Origin: Octopus bimaculoides
Taxonomy: Eukaryota
Assembly (NCBI RefSeq): GCF_001194135.2
Contig: NC_068997.1
Coordinates: 34,661,978 to 34,725,977, forward strand
Length of the DNA: 64,000 nucleotides
Direction: 5' to 3'
In this document: piece after piece, positions 61,646-64,000 of the stretch
How the letters are laid out: every line of letters starts with the position of its first letter
Numbering within the stretch: the first letter of the stretch is position 1
Program-made: the position numbers and the translations under genes
The notes under the pieces: model-generated
Seen by the model: only the letters and a program-made list of their open reading frames with translations
What the model was told of the DNA's origin: nothing
Databases searched by the model: none

Positions 61646-63643
61646 NNNNNNNNNNNNNNNNNNNNNNNNNNNNNNNNNNNNNNNNNNNNNNNNNNNNNNN
61701 NNNNNNNNNNNNNNNNNNNNNNNNNNNNNNNNNNNNNNNNNNNNNNNNNNNNNNNNNNNNNNNNNNNNNNNNNNNNNNNNNNNNNNNNNNNNNNNNNNNN
61801 NNNNNNNNNNNNNNNNNNNNNNNNNNNNNNNNNNNNNNNNNNNNNNNNNNNNNNNNNNNNNNNNNNNNNNNNNNNNNNNNNNNNNNNNNNNNNNNNNNNN
61901 NNNNNNNNNNNNNNNNNNNNNNNNNNNNNNNNNNNNNNNNNNNNNNNNNNNNNNNNNNNNNNNNNNNNNNNNNNNNNNNNNNNNNNNNNNNNNNNNNNNN
62001 NNNNNNNNNNNNNNNNNNNNNNNNNNNNNNNNNNNNNNNNNNNNNNNNNNNNNNNNNNNNNNNNNNNNNNNNNNNNNNNATATATATATAATTAGGTGGC
62101 TAGGTTTCTTCAAATTGAAAAGCACTCGATCAGCAGAGAGTAAAGATAATGTTATAATAAAAGCCACAAATCTTCTCAAAGGACAAACTGAAAAGAGGTC
62201 TTGTTTTCAGTTTGAAAAATGAGGAAATAAATTATTTCGACCAGGATAGCCCGGGTAGCTGTATTTAATAAAATTTGTGGTTTTTCATATTATATATGTG
62301 CGTCTGTGTGTCTGTGTGTATGTGTGAATACATATATGTATATACATGTATGTATGCATATATATGTATATATTTGTATACATAAATATATAAACAAGAA
62401 AATGGAATGAACAGACTTTAATGACAAATCATAACTTATCGTCTTTATGCATTATTAACAGCTGTTAGGTGCTGAGTTTTCCATATCATAGTATTATATA
62501 AATAGATTTTGATATAAGTGTAAACATAAGTATAAATATTGACATTAACACAGGTAATGGGAGTTACACCGAGATATAGGTAAATACTAATAATAATACC
62601 ACTGTGAATAACAGAACTGAGAATAATGGAAATAAAAATTGTTATAATAACATCAATAATCAAAACAAGAAGAAAGATAGTAAAACGAATAGTATAAAAA
62701 AATGTAACCTCAGAAAGAAGAATGCACATCCTTTACCTTTTATTGTACATTTATATATAAATGTACAGTAAAAGCAAGTGCACATGCATATGCATATACA
62801 AATCTAACCAGCGGCATCCTCAATAGACGCTGGAGGAACCATGCTACATCATTTTCCAACAGTGGCAAGAAGCAATGAACATCACTCACAGGTTTTATGT
62901 GCGACCTGAAAAGGAAAATAATGAAATACAGCAACACTTAGTCGCTACTACAAAATGCAAAACCGTATAACTCATACTCTAAATTATGTAGACTCTGCCT
63001 GGAAGATATACTCTAAATATTAAGTAATGATAAAATAACGAACAAACGCTCGGAGATTATGATATATAACCATAGAATGAAAAGGTCATTTATGGAATTT
63101 AGAAAGAATATATATTCAGTATAATAATTTTTTCATTGACTCAAGAACTTACTTTAAATTTTTTTGATTACTTAGAATGGGAAGTTCGTATGATTGTTTA
63201 CCTATGTTATGTGATAATTATAACAATTTCTAGGTACCTATGACCATGGACTTGCATCAATATTTTATTTACTCAAAAATTCTATAATGATGATATCAGT
63301 ATCATTACTGGTATGTTTAACATGAAATAAAAGAATATGTTGCATATGTATAAGGAACGGGTGGGAAAGGCGAGAGGAAATGCCTATNNNNNNNNNNNNN
63401 NNNNNNNNNNNNNNNNNNNNNNNNNNNNNNNNNNNNNNNNNNNNNNNNNNNNNNNNNNNNNNNNNNNNNNNNNNNNNNNNNNNNNNNCAATTGACTGAAA
63501 CAAGTAAATGAATAAAAGAATGAAAGAATAAACGAATGTATGTATGTTTGTATATACGTACATTAATATGAATGCTAGTATGCAAAGGAACGTTTGCATA
63601 TAAAAGCACAAGGCATGTATACCAATGACAGTGTGTGTATATA

Positions 63644-64000
63644 TCAGGTCATCCCATAAGTTCTGTCCGAATTTTGAATTTAAAAAAAAGTGATCGAATG
63701 TTATATTTAATTGAAATTTAATCATCAATATACTTTCCCTGATTATCTATGACTTCCTTCCAATTACTTACATGCTTTTTAATCCCATCAATATAAAACT
63801 CTTTTAGTTTCAAAGCGAAGAACGCTGAAATGTCAGTTTCGACCTCTTCTTGGCTTGCGAATGTCAGTTTCGACCTCTCCCAAATGATTCTGTAAAGTAC
63901 GAAACAAATGGTAGTCTGAAGGAGCAAGGTCAGGAGAATAAAGTGGATCAGGAATTTTTTCCCAACCAAGCTCTTCGATCTTCTGTGATGTGATCTTTGC
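63644..64000 (-). mobile_element. Mariner 3' end (runs off the window)
   Basis: YSPDLAPSDYHLFR..LQNHL, WKEVIDNQGKYIDD*; TIR TCAGGTCATCCCATAAG after TA at 63642-43. Confidence 0.9.

Overview
This is eukaryotic, very AT-rich, repeat-saturated draft-assembly sequence with many N gaps and microsatellites. The SINE families and microsatellite load resemble Octopus (inference from memory, not a database search). No host protein-coding gene is recognisable; nearly all coding signal is decayed transposons. These comprise six fragments of R4/Dong-like RLE retrotransposons nested around (TAA)n arrays at 6.4-23 kb, a near full-length L1/Tx1 element plus a second ORF1 fragment, a CR1/L2 fragment, three Penelope-like elements (PLE), three mariner copies, one Tc1 deletion derivative, a full-length pogo element, a probable hAT-like remnant, several foldback elements and many tRNA-type SINEs. 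The main hidden signal is RNA-level: eight type I hammerhead-ribozyme motifs, several imperfect, each with a palindromic or near-palindromic stem III. Four of them lie in two ORF-less foldback elements built from head-to-head ribozyme arms (43798-44239, 52681-53247). There is also a foldback element carrying TTAGGG repeats and a partial HDV-like pseudoknot in an R4/Dong 5' leader. All structures were read by eye; activity is untested.
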